The notes beneath the pieces were generated by a model, which saw nothing but the letters and a program-made list of their open reading frames with translations, was not told the DNA's origin and made no database searches. The translations under genes were made by a program, and so were the position numbers. A DNA stretch of 64,000 nucleotides from Octopus bimaculoides (lineage: Eukaryota). Location: contig NC_068996.1 in assembly GCF_001194135.2 (NCBI RefSeq), forward strand, positions 18,269,553 to 18,333,552. Direction: 5' to 3'. Shown here in pieces: positions 37,768-50,572 of this stretch; the first letter of the stretch is position 1, and the number at the start of each line of letters is the position of its first letter.

Positions 37768-38350
37768 GAGTGAGAGAGCAGTGCATGCCATCAAAGTGAC
37801 ATTGGGGTACAAATATACGAAGCCCACTATACCCATCATGACTACCCGTCTGATAAGGTACACCATGCACATGCATCACAACCATATGTGCACAACATGG
37901 TGATCTCATATCAAGATAAACCTCGCATGACCTCGCTATGTTGTCGTAGCGTCTCTTATATTCCTTCTGGGTTAGTGGCGTACATTGGCTGGTAATATGC
38001 CATACGGTTTTACCGTTTGTTTGTGTCCACATATTCTGCATTTATCACTTTCTGCTGTGTTGTCTATTCTGTATTGTATGTAGTTTGTTCTTAGTGCTTG
38101 CTCTTAGGCAGCACAAATTAGAGCCTCCGTTTCCAGTTTTAAATTACTTTTAGTCATCCACAGCCATCTTTTTTCTGTCTTATCTTCAACATCCCTATGA
38201 AATTGGCCATGCATACTTTTCTTTACCCACCTGTTTTCAGTTTCATTCGTTTTCAAATTCTTGTACAGTGCTTTATCTTTGCAATCTTTTATTCTACAAA
38301 AGCCTGACCTTCTTCTAATAATAGCGGTTCTGTGGCAGTTTTTACATACC
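37768..38350 (-). mobile_element. 5'-truncated, internally deleted R4/Dong LINE flanked by (ATT)n on both sides
   Basis: KSMHGQF..WLWM..LKLETEALICAA and HITSQC..L.QKEYKRRYDNIA, fused directly to the 3' UTR seen at 39-170. Confidence 0.85.
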
Positions 38351-38495
38351 ATTATTATTATTATTATTATTATTCAGTAGTTTTATTTTTATAACNNNNN
38401 NNNNNNNNNNNNNNNNNNNNNNNNNNNNNNNNNNNNNNNNNNNNNNNNNNNNNNNNNNNNNNNNNNNNNNNNNNNNNNNNNNNNNNNNNNNNNNN

Positions 38496-39060
38496 TTCAC
38501 ATATAAAAATTGAAGGACGCTTTGTGAAGTATTGCTAAGACTTTTTTTCTCATATGTGACCATCCTTCATGTTACAAATAAGCCCCAGTTTTCAAGTTTG
38601 CGTTTCTTATACGAAATTTGAAAGACAATGTAAAAAGCATTTGTAACAAAATATTATCCAATATTAACATGGTCTCACACCATGTTAAAAACAAGCGTCA
38701 TATGTCTTCAAATTTGAGTTATTTTTATACATAAATTGAAGAACATTTTAAGAAGCATTTATAACTATCTTCATGTGACCATTCGTCAAACTAGAAATAA
38801 GAGCTAACTTTTCTCGTATTCGCATTGTTTTTCATATAAAATGGTAAGTCAGTTTGAAAGGTGTTTATAACTGTCCTCATGTGTGGTCACTCTTCTTGCT
38901 AGAAATAAAAGACAAGTGTTAGTAAGTTTGCAGTGATTTTCAATAAAAATATTAAAGGGCATTTATAAAGCATTGATAGGAACTTTTCCGATATGTGACC
39001 CTTCTTCACGCTATATAAAACAGCCAAGTTCCCTGGAATTTACGTTGTCTTTCATATATT
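38496..39060. repeat. ~110-bp AT-rich satellite, block 1
   Basis: Unit approximately tttcatataaaaattgaaggacactttacgaagcatttataa..tgtgaccattcttcatgctagaaataagagccaag..ctcaaatttgcgttgt; ~5 diverged units. Confidence 0.85.
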
Positions 39061-39523
39061 GCTTCCCTGGGTATGAACACATTAAAGCTCCGACGTTTGG
39101 CTACTGATTTGGTAAACACTCACAAGATTATCCACCTTCTTTTCAACAACAACTTTAGCACCTTTTTGAATTCTATATGTCTTAAAAACTGTGGACATGC
39201 TTACAAAATTAAAAAAAAAAATATGAAGAAAAAAAACACAAAACCCATGACTTTCGGAAACATTTTTTCACAGTCAGAATTGCCGAAGAATGGAATAAAC
39301 TACCCACATTAGTTGTTAGCTGTTGGGACACTACATCTTTCAAAACCTTCATGCTTCCTGAAATTCGCCTACAGTACATCTGATGCTTTCTACCCTCGTT
39401 CATTTTATGACTTATTCACTGTTCACTTTCTGCGCATATTCTATGTACCGTTCATGCAGTTTTGGTTACTTTTTCTGATGAGTTGTAGTGCACCTGAGCA
39501 CTGGATACAATAAATTTATTATT
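39061..39523 (+). mobile_element. CR1-type LINE 3' fragment
   Basis: Matches 45355-45767 (LKLRRLATDLVNTHKII..CGHAYKIKK); AATAAA then (TTA) tail. Confidence 0.85.
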
Positions 39524-39534
39524 GTTATTGTTAT

Positions 39535-40545
39535 TTACTTTTAATCTGCACGTTTGTTACAAACACTTGGCGGGACGCACCCAGCGTCCTAAGGCGAGTG
39601 AAGGATAAGAGATGTTACAGTATGACCGAAAACTTGGGGAGGGGAAGTAGCAGGGGCAGTAACGAAATATCTTCATGTAATACAACACAGACATTTAAAT
39701 TGATAGGGTTTTTCTTAGGATGTGGGCAGTACTTGTCAACACAATCTTTTGGATTTCTCTAAGACATGGTTCTCCTGGAATGTTGTTTAGATGTTTTCGA
39801 CATCCCTCCGCTTTTTTTTTCTATCATACCTACAATAACAGGAACAGTTCTTGCTTTAAGATGCCACATATTTTGTATTTCAATTTCCAGGTCCCTATAT
39901 TTACTTAATTTGTCAAATTCCTTGACAGATATATTTTTATCAGTGGGAACACTTACATCTTTTAGTCTACAAGTCTTTCCTTCTCTGTCTTTAATAATTA
40001 TGCTAAGTCGATTATCCTGGATCTTTCTGTCGGTGTTGACTGGGAAATCCCAGAGGATAGTGACATTTTTACCTTCAACTGGCTCAGGATGATGTTCATA
40101 TCAGTAAACAGGAGTGTCGAATTTGTAGTGTTTACATATTTTCCAATGTAAATACTGTCCTACCCTATCGGGGCATTTTGTATTCGTTTAGTGTTAGCAC
40201 AGGACACAAGAAACGAGATGGTCTATTATTTCGTCAATTGTGTCGCAGAATCTGCATTTAGGATCAGAACTATTTTGAAGAACGTTAGTCTGGTAGTTTT
40301 TGTTAAGCAAGCTTTGATCTTGTGCTGCCAATAAGAAACATTCAGTCTCTGCATTCAGTCTTGATCTTCTCAGCCATTGATGGGTTGTTGCTTGGTCTAC
40401 ATCAGCATTTCGACTTCGAAGAATATACTGTCGATTCAGGGGCTTCTAGCTCCAACGCTCCTCAATTTATTTCTGCCCGTTCTTTTTTGCAATCAGCTTG
40501 ATCCGTTTTGTTTGTTTGGTGGCAGTGGTTTCAGGTTCTTCATCT
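39535..40545 (-). mobile_element. R4/Dong LINE 3' fragment flanked by ATT repeats
   Basis: ETECFLLAAQDQSL..CRFC..IDHLVS..GQYLHWKICKHY..ILWDFPV.TDRKI..DVSVP..KLSKY.DLEIEI..MWHL..VPVIVG. Confidence 0.9.
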
Positions 40546-40624
40546 AATTACTATTATTATTATTATTAGTCGACTTTGCCTTTCATCCTTTCGCGGTCGA
40601 TAAATTAAGAAATATTAACGATAA

Positions 40625-41016
40625 GAGTGGCTGTGTGGTAAGTAGCTTGCTTACGAACCACATGGTTCCGGGTTCAGTCCCACTGCGTGGCACCTTGGGC
40701 AAGTGTCTTCTACTATAGCCTCGGGCCAACCAAAGCCTTGTGAGTGGATTTGGTAGACGGAAACTGAATATATGTGTGTGTGTGTATGTGTTTGTGTGTC
40801 TGTATTTGTCCTCCCAACATCGCTTGACAACCGATGGAGGTGTGTTTACGTCCCCGTAACTTAGCGGTTCGGCAAAAGCTAAACCGATAGAATAAGTACT
40901 AGGCTTACAAAGAATAAGTCCTGGGATCGATTTGCTCGACTAAAGGCGGTGCTCCAGCATGGCCACAGTCAAATGACTGAAACAAGTAAAAGAGTAAAAG
41001 AGTAAAGAGTAAAGAG
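40625..41016 (+). mobile_element. SINE family 1, full-length
   Basis: tRNA-like head, (TG)n middle, (GAGTAAAA)n tail. Confidence 0.9.
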
Positions 41017-41019
41017 ATA

Positions 41020-41810
41020 TTTCCTGATATATATTTTCCCAAAGTCCATTATATTCTCATAGTTACTTCCCTTGGTCCAGTTTTTTTTAATGCAGGAAAT
41101 GTTAGCACGAAATAACTACCGAATGCACATAAATTTGGGTGTTTTTTTAAATATAAAATTGAAGAAAACTTCTAAGAACAATTATAAGAATTTCTCCTAT
41201 AAGTTAAAATTCTCCATGCAAGAAACAACAGTGAAATGCGCTCAAATTTGCGTTAATTTCATGAAGTGTTTATAATTTTTTTTCTCGTATATGCTCATTC
41301 TCCATGCTTGAAACAATAACTAAGTATCCTAAAATATGGATTGTTTTTCATATAAGCATTGAAGGACACTTTGCGAAGTATTTATAAAATATATTGTCCA
41401 ATATGGTCTTGCATCATGCTAGATACAAAAAAAACCTAGAGTCCTCAAATTTGTCTTTCGTAAGAACATTGAGAGACACTAAAAACATTTAAAGGAATTT
41501 TCTCCGTATATGATTACTATTCATGGTAGAAATCAGAGCCAAGTACCCTCAAAGTGACATTGTTGACTATATAAAAATCAAAAACATTCTGAGTAGCTTT
41601 TGTAAGAAAATTTTCCATAAGTGACCATTCTTCAGACTAAGAAATAAGCGGCAAGTGTCCTCAAATTTGCGTCTTTCATATAAAAATTGAAAAACAATTT
41701 TAAAAGCATTTATTAAAAAAAAGTATCGTATAGGTGGTTCCACATCATGCTACAAATAAGAGTTAAGTGTCCTCAAATTTGCATTGTTCATATATAAAAA
41801 TTCAAGGACT
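41020..41810. repeat. ~110-bp satellite, block 2
   Basis: ~7 units of the same repeat. Confidence 0.85.
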
Positions 41811-42222
41811 GGCGCAGAAGTGGCTCTGTGGTAAGTAGCTTGCTTACCAACCACATGGTTCCGGGTTCAGTCCCACTGCGTGGCTCCTTGGGCAAGTGTC
41901 TTCTCCTATAGCCTCGAGCCGACCAAAGCCTTGTGAGTGGATTTGGTAGACGGAAACTGAAAGAAGCCCGTCGTATATATGTATATATATATATATGTAT
42001 GTGTGTGTATATGTTTGTGTGTCTATGTTTGTTTCCCTAACATCGCTTGACAACCGATGCTGGTGTGTTTACGTCCCCGTAACTTAGCGGTTCGCCAAAA
42101 GAGACCGATAGAATAAGTACTAGGCTTACAAAGAATAAGTCCTGGGGTCGATTTGCTCGACTAAAGGCGGTGCTCCAGCATGGCCGAAGTCAAATGACTG
42201 AAACAGGTAAAAGAGTAAAAGA
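41811..42222 (+). mobile_element. SINE family 1, full-length, inserted in a satellite unit
   Basis: The satellite unit is split as aaggac | SINE | attttacg. Confidence 0.9.
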
Positions 42223-42650
42223 CATTTTACGAAGCATTTATAACAACTTTTCTTATATGTAGCTTCATGCTAGAAATAAGAGCTACTGCTCTATTCGCAT
42301 TGTTTTTCATAGAAATATTGAAGGACACTTTACAAAGCATTGATAAGAACTTTTCTCATATGTAGTCAGTTTTCACGTTTGAAACAGCAGCCAAATGACT
42401 TGGTTTTTGCAGTGTTTTTCATATAAAAATTGAAGGACAATACAAAACGTTTATGAAAAATATTTTCCTACAGTGATCTCAAAGTCATGCTAGAAATAAC
42501 AGCCAAGTCCCTCAAATTTGCGTTGTATTTTACATTAAAATTGAAGAAAACGTTACAAAACATTTATATAAAAAATATATATTTTCCTACCGGTGGTCTC
42601 TAATCATGCTAGAAATAATAGTGGGCTGCCATCAGTTTGGCGTTATTTTT
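42223..42650. repeat. ~110-bp satellite, block 3
   Basis: ~4 units. Confidence 0.85.
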
Positions 42651-42654
42651 TGTG

Positions 42655-45600
42655 GTCTTATAACGTGCAAGGAAAGAGAGCCAAGCGCCCTGGAATTTTC
42701 TTTGGTTCTTCAATGTGCCATTAACTTTCCAACAATCCCAGGTCAAAAAAAGGATACCGTAATCCTATGATGGATGGCTTCTGGGAAATGGTCCAACCAA
42801 ATTGGTCCTTTCAGTGCCTAGCCTGTCTGTCTGTCTCCCCCTACCACTACCGTTGAACAAAAGCACCAACAAGAACCAACCATCAATCCAGAAATTGCAG
42901 AAATACGACAACTGATTTCTGATTTAAGCATAGAAATAAGACATTAAATCAAAAATCCGTATAGAACCGCACAATGAAGGATCAAATCGGAATGACTTAC
43001 TTAGAAATTTGACCACAGCTCTTGCCGAATGTAAGCGCATTGAGAAAGCTAGAGAATCTGCCGCATACCACGCAATTGCCATTGGCGTATCTGAAGAAAT
43101 AACTGATCTTCAGGCATTTGCCGGCAACTCGTTCAAGGACTTACAATGCATTCCTCCAAAACATCTTCTCTGCTTTGGACGACCAGGCTCCAAACCCAGA
43201 CTAATCAGATTGACATTCTCAAGCCCTAATGAGGCACGTGCATCCCATTTAGCCTATGTAAAGGCCAGGAGTGAAAATCAAATTACCTTTCGAATACGTC
43301 CTGATGTACGTTCAAAGCTGGAGGCGCAATGGCCCAGTGGTTAGGGCAGCAGACTCGCGGTCATAGAATCGCGGTTTCGATTCCCAAATCGGGCGTTGTG
43401 AGTGTTTATTGAGCGAAAACACTAAAAGCTCCACGAGGCTCCGGCAGCGGATAGTGGCGAACCCTGCTGTACTCTTCCACCACAACTTTCTCTCATTCTT
43501 ACTTCCTGTTTCTGTTGTGCCTGTAATTCAATGGGTCAGCCTTGTCACACTGTGTCACGCTGAATATCCCCGAGAACTACGTTAAGGATACACGTGTCTG
43601 TGGAGTGTTCAGCCACTTGCACGTTAATTTCACGAGCAGGCTGTTCCGTTGATCGGATCAACTGGAACCCTCGACGTCGTAAGCGACGGAGTGCCAACAA
43701 CATAACGTTCAAAGTTACGCTCTGTAGCTTTCTGAATCGTGATTTAGTACCAAACGCGTGTTTTAGCCAACGCGATGATGGACATATACAGAAATTCGTT
43801 AAGACTGGTGAGACGTAGAAAAGACCAACTGATCTGTGAATAATGACCACACAATAGGCTGCAATAAAAAGGCTCCGGGAAACTAGACAAGAACACTCCA
43901 CCATCCCCTATATATCATGATGATAGGCTTAAATCCCAATTCAAGTTACTGTCCTTAAATGCCCGAGGTTTATGAGTATGCAACAAAATCCACCTTCTTG
44001 ACTTTTACATCAAAAGTATCGATCCCGATTTCATCACAATCACAGAATCATGGGCATACTCTTTACTTTGTGATGGTGTTTTTAACATGGCTAGTTACAA
44101 CTTGTTTTGCAAAGATCGCATTAACTGTAGATGGGGTAGTGTGATGGTCTACATTCAGTTCAACTTTTCAGCAATTTCTTGTGATGATTTGAACTAATTA
44201 CAAGAAGTATTTTTATGTGATATACGCATAAACATATCAACACTGCTACTTGGAGTTGTCTATCGACCACCAAGTTACCGTCAGGACACACAGTTTTTTG
44301 ACTTCCTCAGAGCTGCATCTAAGAAAACAATCACATGTTTTCATTGCTGCTGTCTTCAACGACCCTGAGATTGATTGGAAAACTTTTCGTTGACCGCAAA
44401 GTGCAGATGATTTCCTTGATGTTGTGTTGGATTCAAGCTGGTCCCAAGTAGGCACCTCCTCCATTTTGGATCTGCTCTTTACCACTATTCTTGAAACGGT
44501 TATCAGGTTCACAACCAAGGAACTTTTAGACAACTCTGATCATGCTATGATCATTGCCAATCTGTCTCTTATGGGTAGGAACAAGAACCACCACCACCAC
44601 CATCAAACTTCTCGTTTTGACTGGAACAAAGCAGACGGGAACTGTTACCGCGCTGAGTTACAACACCCAAACTGGTTTGAATTTTACGATACCGGAGATG
44701 TCATGCTGCACTTCAGAACATCCTCAATTAAATCTGAGCTACATGTGAAACATCAGTACCACGCAAATTCTTTAAAAATCCCCAGAGTGCAACTTGTCCA
44801 AGAAAGGAATTCCTTTTGTTTGGTGCGTGACACAGACACCAACTTGAAGAATGTTACGATGTTGAAATATGCAGATGACATCAAGCTGTACCTTGAGATA
44901 GAAAGAACAGATCCTATACGCTATAGATCTTTCCTGCAATCAGACCTGGATAAAATGTAACAATGGATTACCGACAGGTAACTTAAACTAGTTGTGAACA
45001 GGTGCGTCACCAAAAGGAAAAACCCAGCTTTTACATACTCTCTCAACAAAACCAATCTTAAGAATTCTATTCGTCAACGTGATCTGGGTATTATTGTCAA
45101 CAGTAATGTGTGTTGGATGAACCACATCTCTAAAATTGTCAAGAAGGCTGCCGGTGTTTTAGCACCACTCAGGATTACCTTTGTCAGTCGCTCTCAAGCT
45201 CTCCGTTTAAAGCTGTATATGACTATGGTATGTCCACGCTTAGAGTTTCCATCATCAGTCTGGAACCCCTATCTTGCTCAACAAATCAATCTCTGGAAAC
45301 TTGCAACAAGGCGAATACCAACAGTCAGGCATCTATCATACTCTGAACGTCTTTCTTCCCCGGGTATGGGCACATTGAAGTTCTGACATCTGGCAACTGA
45401 CTTGGTGGACACCCACAAAATTGTCCACCATTTTTCCAACAACAAACTTGGACACCTTTTGGAATTCCACATGTCTAACACCCGTGTGCATGCTTACAAA
45501 ATTAAAAAACAACAACACAACATCCATGACTTTCGGAAACATTTTTTTCAGTCAGAATTACTGAAGAATGGCATAAACTACCTGCTTCAAGTTGTTAGCT

Positions 45601-45767
45601 GTCGGGATACTACATCCTTCAAAACTTCCATGCTTCCTGAAATGCGTCAACAGTACACGATTTTTTTTTCCTTAAGACTTATTCGCTGTTCACTTCTTGT
45701 GCATATTCTATGTACTGTTCATGCAGTTTTGGTTACTTTTTCCAATGAGCTGTAGTACGCCTGAGCA
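42655..45767 (+). mobile_element. CR1-type LINE: ORF1 remnant, APE and internally deleted RT
   Basis: LSLNARG..PDFITITESW (APE), SDHAMI, KYADDIKLY..LQSDLD, RDLGIIV, RLEF.SSVWNP. Most of the RT is missing near 44760-44850. Confidence 0.9.
43320..43702 (+). mobile_element. SINE family 2 nested in CR1 ORF1, with TSD
   Basis: Near-identical to 29742-30130; acgttcaaag flanks both sides. Confidence 0.9.
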
Positions 45768-46137
45768 CTCTTTTACTTGTTTCAGTCATTTGACTGCGGT
45801 CATGCTGGAGCACCGCCTTTAGTCGAGCAAATCGACTCCAGGACTTATTCTTTGTAACCTACTTATTCTATCGGTCTCTTTTTTCCGAACCGCTAAGTTA
45901 CGGGGACGTAAACACACCAGCATCAGTTGTCAAGCAATGTTGGAGGGGACAAAAACACACACACACACACATATACGACGCGCTTCTTTCAGTTTCCGTC
46001 TACGAAATCCACTCCCAAGGCTTTGGTCGGCCCGAGGCTATAGTAGAAGACACTTGCCCAAGGTGCCACGTGGTGGGACTGAACCCGGAGCCATGTGGTT
46101 GGTAAGTAAGCTACTTACCACACAGCCACTCCTACGC
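45768..46137 (-). mobile_element. SINE family 1, full-length
   Basis: Reverse complement of 41811-42222. Confidence 0.9.
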
Positions 46138-46139
46138 AC

Positions 46140-46420
46140 TATATACAATAAGTCTATTATATTATATAAAAGTTAGAGGACACTTTACCAAGCATTTATA
46201 AAAGAAAGTCCTAAATATGGTCGTTCTTCGTACTAAACACAACAGCCAAATGCTCTCAAATTTGAGTCATTTCTTTAAATGAAAGAGGGAGGCCAATTTT
46301 CCGTTAGACATGCTATTCAGAAAGTCATGGGACTGTATGTTGCTCATGTCTACCTTATGTGACCATCCTTCATACTAGAAACATGATCATTCTTCATACT
46401 AGAAACAACAGCCAAATACC
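46140..46420. repeat. ~110-bp satellite, block 4
   Basis: gaggacactttaccaagcatttataa.., tgtgaccatccttcatactagaaac. Confidence 0.7.
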
Positions 46421-46589
46421 CTTGGATGTTGTAATTACAGGACACAGCACCCATTACTTGTCTCTAATCATCACTCACTCTCCCATACCTTCTTGCAGCG
46501 TCCCCTGTACTTCCCTTCTCTTGTCCCTTTTAACTCCTACCCACCTTGTATCTTGAGGGTCTACCCTAGCACCTCACGAATCTTATTTT

Positions 46590-47260
46590 TGTCTCTTTCT
46601 AGCTCCACCCTGATCATTTCCACCTCTACTATAATGTGAACAGTCATTTGTCCTTTCCACAAAAAGAAACCTGTTCTGTTCTGGCTCCTTGCCTTATACT
46701 TTAACCCTTCACCCTATTATTTAAAGCAACTTCCCTTTTCACTCTAGTACCACGCAATCAAAGAAGATCTTGGTGTTGCATGCTGCATGGTGACCTCATT
46801 AGAGCCCGGGCACCTAAAAATTACTCAGCACATGATATAAAGTTCTTAAAAAAGAACATTCAACCATAGAAGCTATGTCAAAGCAAACATTGAAGCACGA
46901 TGCATAATTCAGACCATTTGGATCTCGTGTAACCAAACAACCCTAACCCTCAGTCTAACCTTACACACTCTCCTACAATGTGAGTAGCCATATGGCCCGT
47001 CTACAGCAGGGTACCTTTTCTGCTTTGTTCTCTAATCTAACATCTTTTAGCGTAGAGCCCCGCCTCCGGTGCTTGAATTCATGCAAGCTACATAGCAACT
47101 TCACTAGTGCTCGTGATAGGCGTAGGAAGGGTATCTCGTTGTAGAAACCGCGAGAAAGCAGACATTGGAGCGCAATGGATCCTATCAGACCATCTAATCC
47201 ATGCCAGTATGTAATATGGACATCAAACTACGACAACGACGACGATGATGATGATGAAGA
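46590..47260 (+). mobile_element. Family 3 (RTE-tail-like) non-autonomous element, decayed
   Basis: 46600-46800 matches 62930-63110; ends aatccatgccagtat..ggac..(GAT)n. Confidence 0.55.
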
Positions 47261-47359
47261 AGAAGAAGAAGCATCATAGTTAAGAAGTTGGAAAGTGGAA
47301 AGATTCTGTAAAATTTGTAAAGATACAGTGGTAAAGGACTAGAAAACTTAGTTTAAATT

Positions 47360-47870
47360 TAGAAGTGAAGACGCTTAGAGACCGTACTGATTCTTGTTCC
47401 TTCCGTTAACTCTTTCTGATGAACTGTAGTGTACACAACTCTGTATACAATAAGGTACGGAAGTGTTGTCAGCCGAGCATGTCCGAGATGTACGTAGGGC
47501 AATGAACTGTCCTGCACGACTTGTACAATGCCCGAGCATTGTTGACTGGATTTATGTCGAAGACTTGTTGACGCACATGGGACAGATCCGGCTATCAACT
47601 GAATTCATTGTGAAGATCTCCTTGCTGCCTTCTTTTAATCGGGAAGGACACGTAGTTTTTATATGCCTGGTGGCCATGGCGATAGCGGTTGTATGGTTGA
47701 CGAGATTGAAGGCTGAAGACAAACACTTACCTCTTTGGCCAATCGCTCATCAATTTGAAGAGGGAAATAAGGGTGAAGAGCGAAGCATTACCTTCCAGCC
47801 ATTTTGTTGTAAGGCGACTGAACGGGCCTGCTCTGAGCATATGTTTGTAAATCGGAGATAAAGAACTGAG
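47360..47870 (+). mobile_element. L1/Tx1 C-terminal fragment
   Basis: CPSIVD..LL..MGQIRLS..AVVWLTRLK; paralogous to 49467-49760. Confidence 0.75.
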
Positions 47871-48139
47871 AAAAGGTACCTGCCCCAGAAGTTAGGGCAT
47901 CAGATGTTTTACGTTTTTTTCCTCCATAAGCAGCACTGGAATGTTTCCTCCTTATTGATTTTATTACTATTAAAAAAAAAACAACATTTGTTAAACCTGT
48001 TTACACGCAAAACCCTTACACTAGCCGTCATGCACATACACACACACACACACATTCAATGTTTTATCCTGCTTCGTTCTCAATGTTTTTCTTAATGTAA
48101 GCCCTTTGTGGTTGATAAAGAAATCATCATCATCATTGT

Positions 48140-50250
48140 TGTTGTTGATAGTGCTAGGCATTTTCGGCTCATAACCCTACTAAACACAGAATTTAAGATT
48201 TTGGCTAAGGAGTTAGCGAAAAGGTTGGGACTTGTAGGTGGTCTGGTTGGGAAAGCGCAAACACGCGCGGTTCAGAACAGTTATATCTACGACGATCTTC
48301 ACCTTATGCAATGCATCACGGAGAGAGCTGGGACGAAAGCTGGCTACAGTGGGACTCTGATCAATTTAGTCCAATCTAAAGCGTTTTATAGGATCAACCA
48401 TCGCTACTTGGAAGCCGTCCTGAAAATCGGTCGGGCTTGGACCGATTTTCAGAGGTTGAACCGCTGTAAAGTACAAGCGGCACCTGGGCAGTGGTCAAAG
48501 TAAATGGTCACCTATCAGAATCGTTTTGAATTGTACACTCAGTCCGTCAGGGCTGTCCACGCTCGCCTCTTCTGTACGTGCTGGCACTCATGCTACTGCT
48601 GCAGAAGTTGGAACAGTTGAATGGCATCCCTTTTCAACTGGAACTCGCGAGAGCAGTGTCAGTGTTCGTAGACATTGTAAACGTCATGGTGTCGGATGGC
48701 TCCGAAGTGGTGACGGTCGACACCATTCTAAAGGAATACGAGTCGGTTGGGGAGGTAGTGGGGGAGGGGTCAAGATTAGCACCAAGTCGATAGGTTTGTA
48801 GCCGGGCACATGGAGAAGCAAGTCGTTGGATGATGAACTGATGGACCAGTTAACCTGCTCAATGTCTAGTTCGGACCTGACCTTCAAATGAATAAGAACC
48901 TGGACGAGGTGACGTACAATGATTACCTGGAAATGGCTAGAGAATAAATCATCGGTGAAAAGTCGAACCTTGCCCTAGCTGTCGCTTCAAGGGGATGAAG
49001 TGTCTGTTAATAATTTTCTTATGGAAGGGACGCGTTCAAACGGTTAGTTTGCTATCAGCATAAGCATGCCGTGACTTCTGATGCAAACACGCTGAGTTTG
49101 CGCCCATCAACAATTTTGTGACAGTGAATGTGTGTGCACACCGTTCGTGATACGTGCTTTTCCGCAGCTAGTTTCTTTGAAGGAAAACCCCAAATTGCGT
49201 CTAGTACCTAGAATGTCTTCAAGTGCTTATAGTCAGTCGGGCAATGGAATCAGTGGATGTCTCACTTTAGCAATCTTTAGAGGATTAGTGGCGGGAAAAT
49301 GTAACGACGTTCTTTGAGAGATACTGGGCGTCGACGAAAACGAATTGACTAGTCTATTCTAGAGGACTTTTCGATCGAGAACTACCATGGACAATTTCCA
49401 GAAGTTCTGAGCCTGACAGTGCTGCAAAGGGGCGTTACCGATTCGATGTAAACTCTACAAGCACGTATGTGCAATCGGACTTGTTCGAGGTGTGCGCAGA
49501 GCGATAAAACCGTTATACACGCTCTCGTTCAGTATCCGAGCATTGTTGACATGTGGGGCTATGTCGACCTGCTGCTGTCGCGTGTTGGACGGATTCGTCT
49601 ATCGGTCAAGTCCATAATAAGAATTGCCCCGCTGTCCTTCTTTAACTGGGCAGGTAAAGCAGTTTTTTTTGTCTCTTTCTAGATCCACCCTGTCTGGTAG
49701 CTATGGCAAGAGAGGTTGTCTAGTGGACGAGGCTGAAAGGAATGGAGACAGAGACAGTCCCCTTTTGTAGAGCCCGTAGCGACATTTTCAAATTTTACTT
49801 GAAAATGCAAGTGCAGGTGGAGAGGGGGGGTACCGTCACCGAGTGAATTTACTGAAATGGCAAGAGTGGCTGGCACCGCTCTAAGTATAGATCTGTGAGT
49901 CGGAGAACAGAAATTGAAGGGAACACATATTCTTGATGTCCATTGAGGTCTTGAATGGTGGGATTCCTCGATCGGCCCTAGCAGTGCTCCTGTATCAAGA
50001 GGATCACATAACTATCACCTTTATATATTTTTTACTGATGTATACTTTGTACACTTATTTTCTTTTACTTATGCTGCATACCGTGTATACTTTTCACTCT
50101 CTTTATCATTCCATCCTATGTAAAATCCAACACTTCACATCCGTTTTTGTATTGTCCCTTTCATCAGTCGCCCTGGTGCAAAAGCACAAACAAAAAACAA
50201 AAAAAAAATCATTATTATTACAGATAGTCTTTTTTTATAATGTGAGATTT
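48140..50250 (+). mobile_element. L1/Tx1 LINE: RT to 3' UTR, decayed
   Basis: FRLITLLNTEFKILAK, SKAF.RI.H.YL..VL, GCP.SPLLYVLAL, a C-terminal Cys motif and a T-rich 3' UTR. Confidence 0.85.
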
Positions 50251-50512
50251 TGAAGCGCAGTAAAGAAAGGGGAACTTGAATAGTTGTTAGCGAAAGGAAA
50301 GTGGGGCAATTTCAACTTTTTCACATCGATCATACATTTTATAGTAGCTCAAGTAGTTCTGTTATTCGCTCTCTCTTTCACCATTATAGCAGTCGATCAA
50401 AGTGCAGCTGCCCGACAAATAGAAACTAAATTCACACATATCTGTTTAGCAACTGTCATTTCACTCTTCTGTTTCTCCACCTCCTTTTCTCTCTCTCACT
50501 TTCTCTATTTTA

Positions 50513-50560
<48 letters not shown>

Positions 50561-50572
50561 CTTTATTACACA

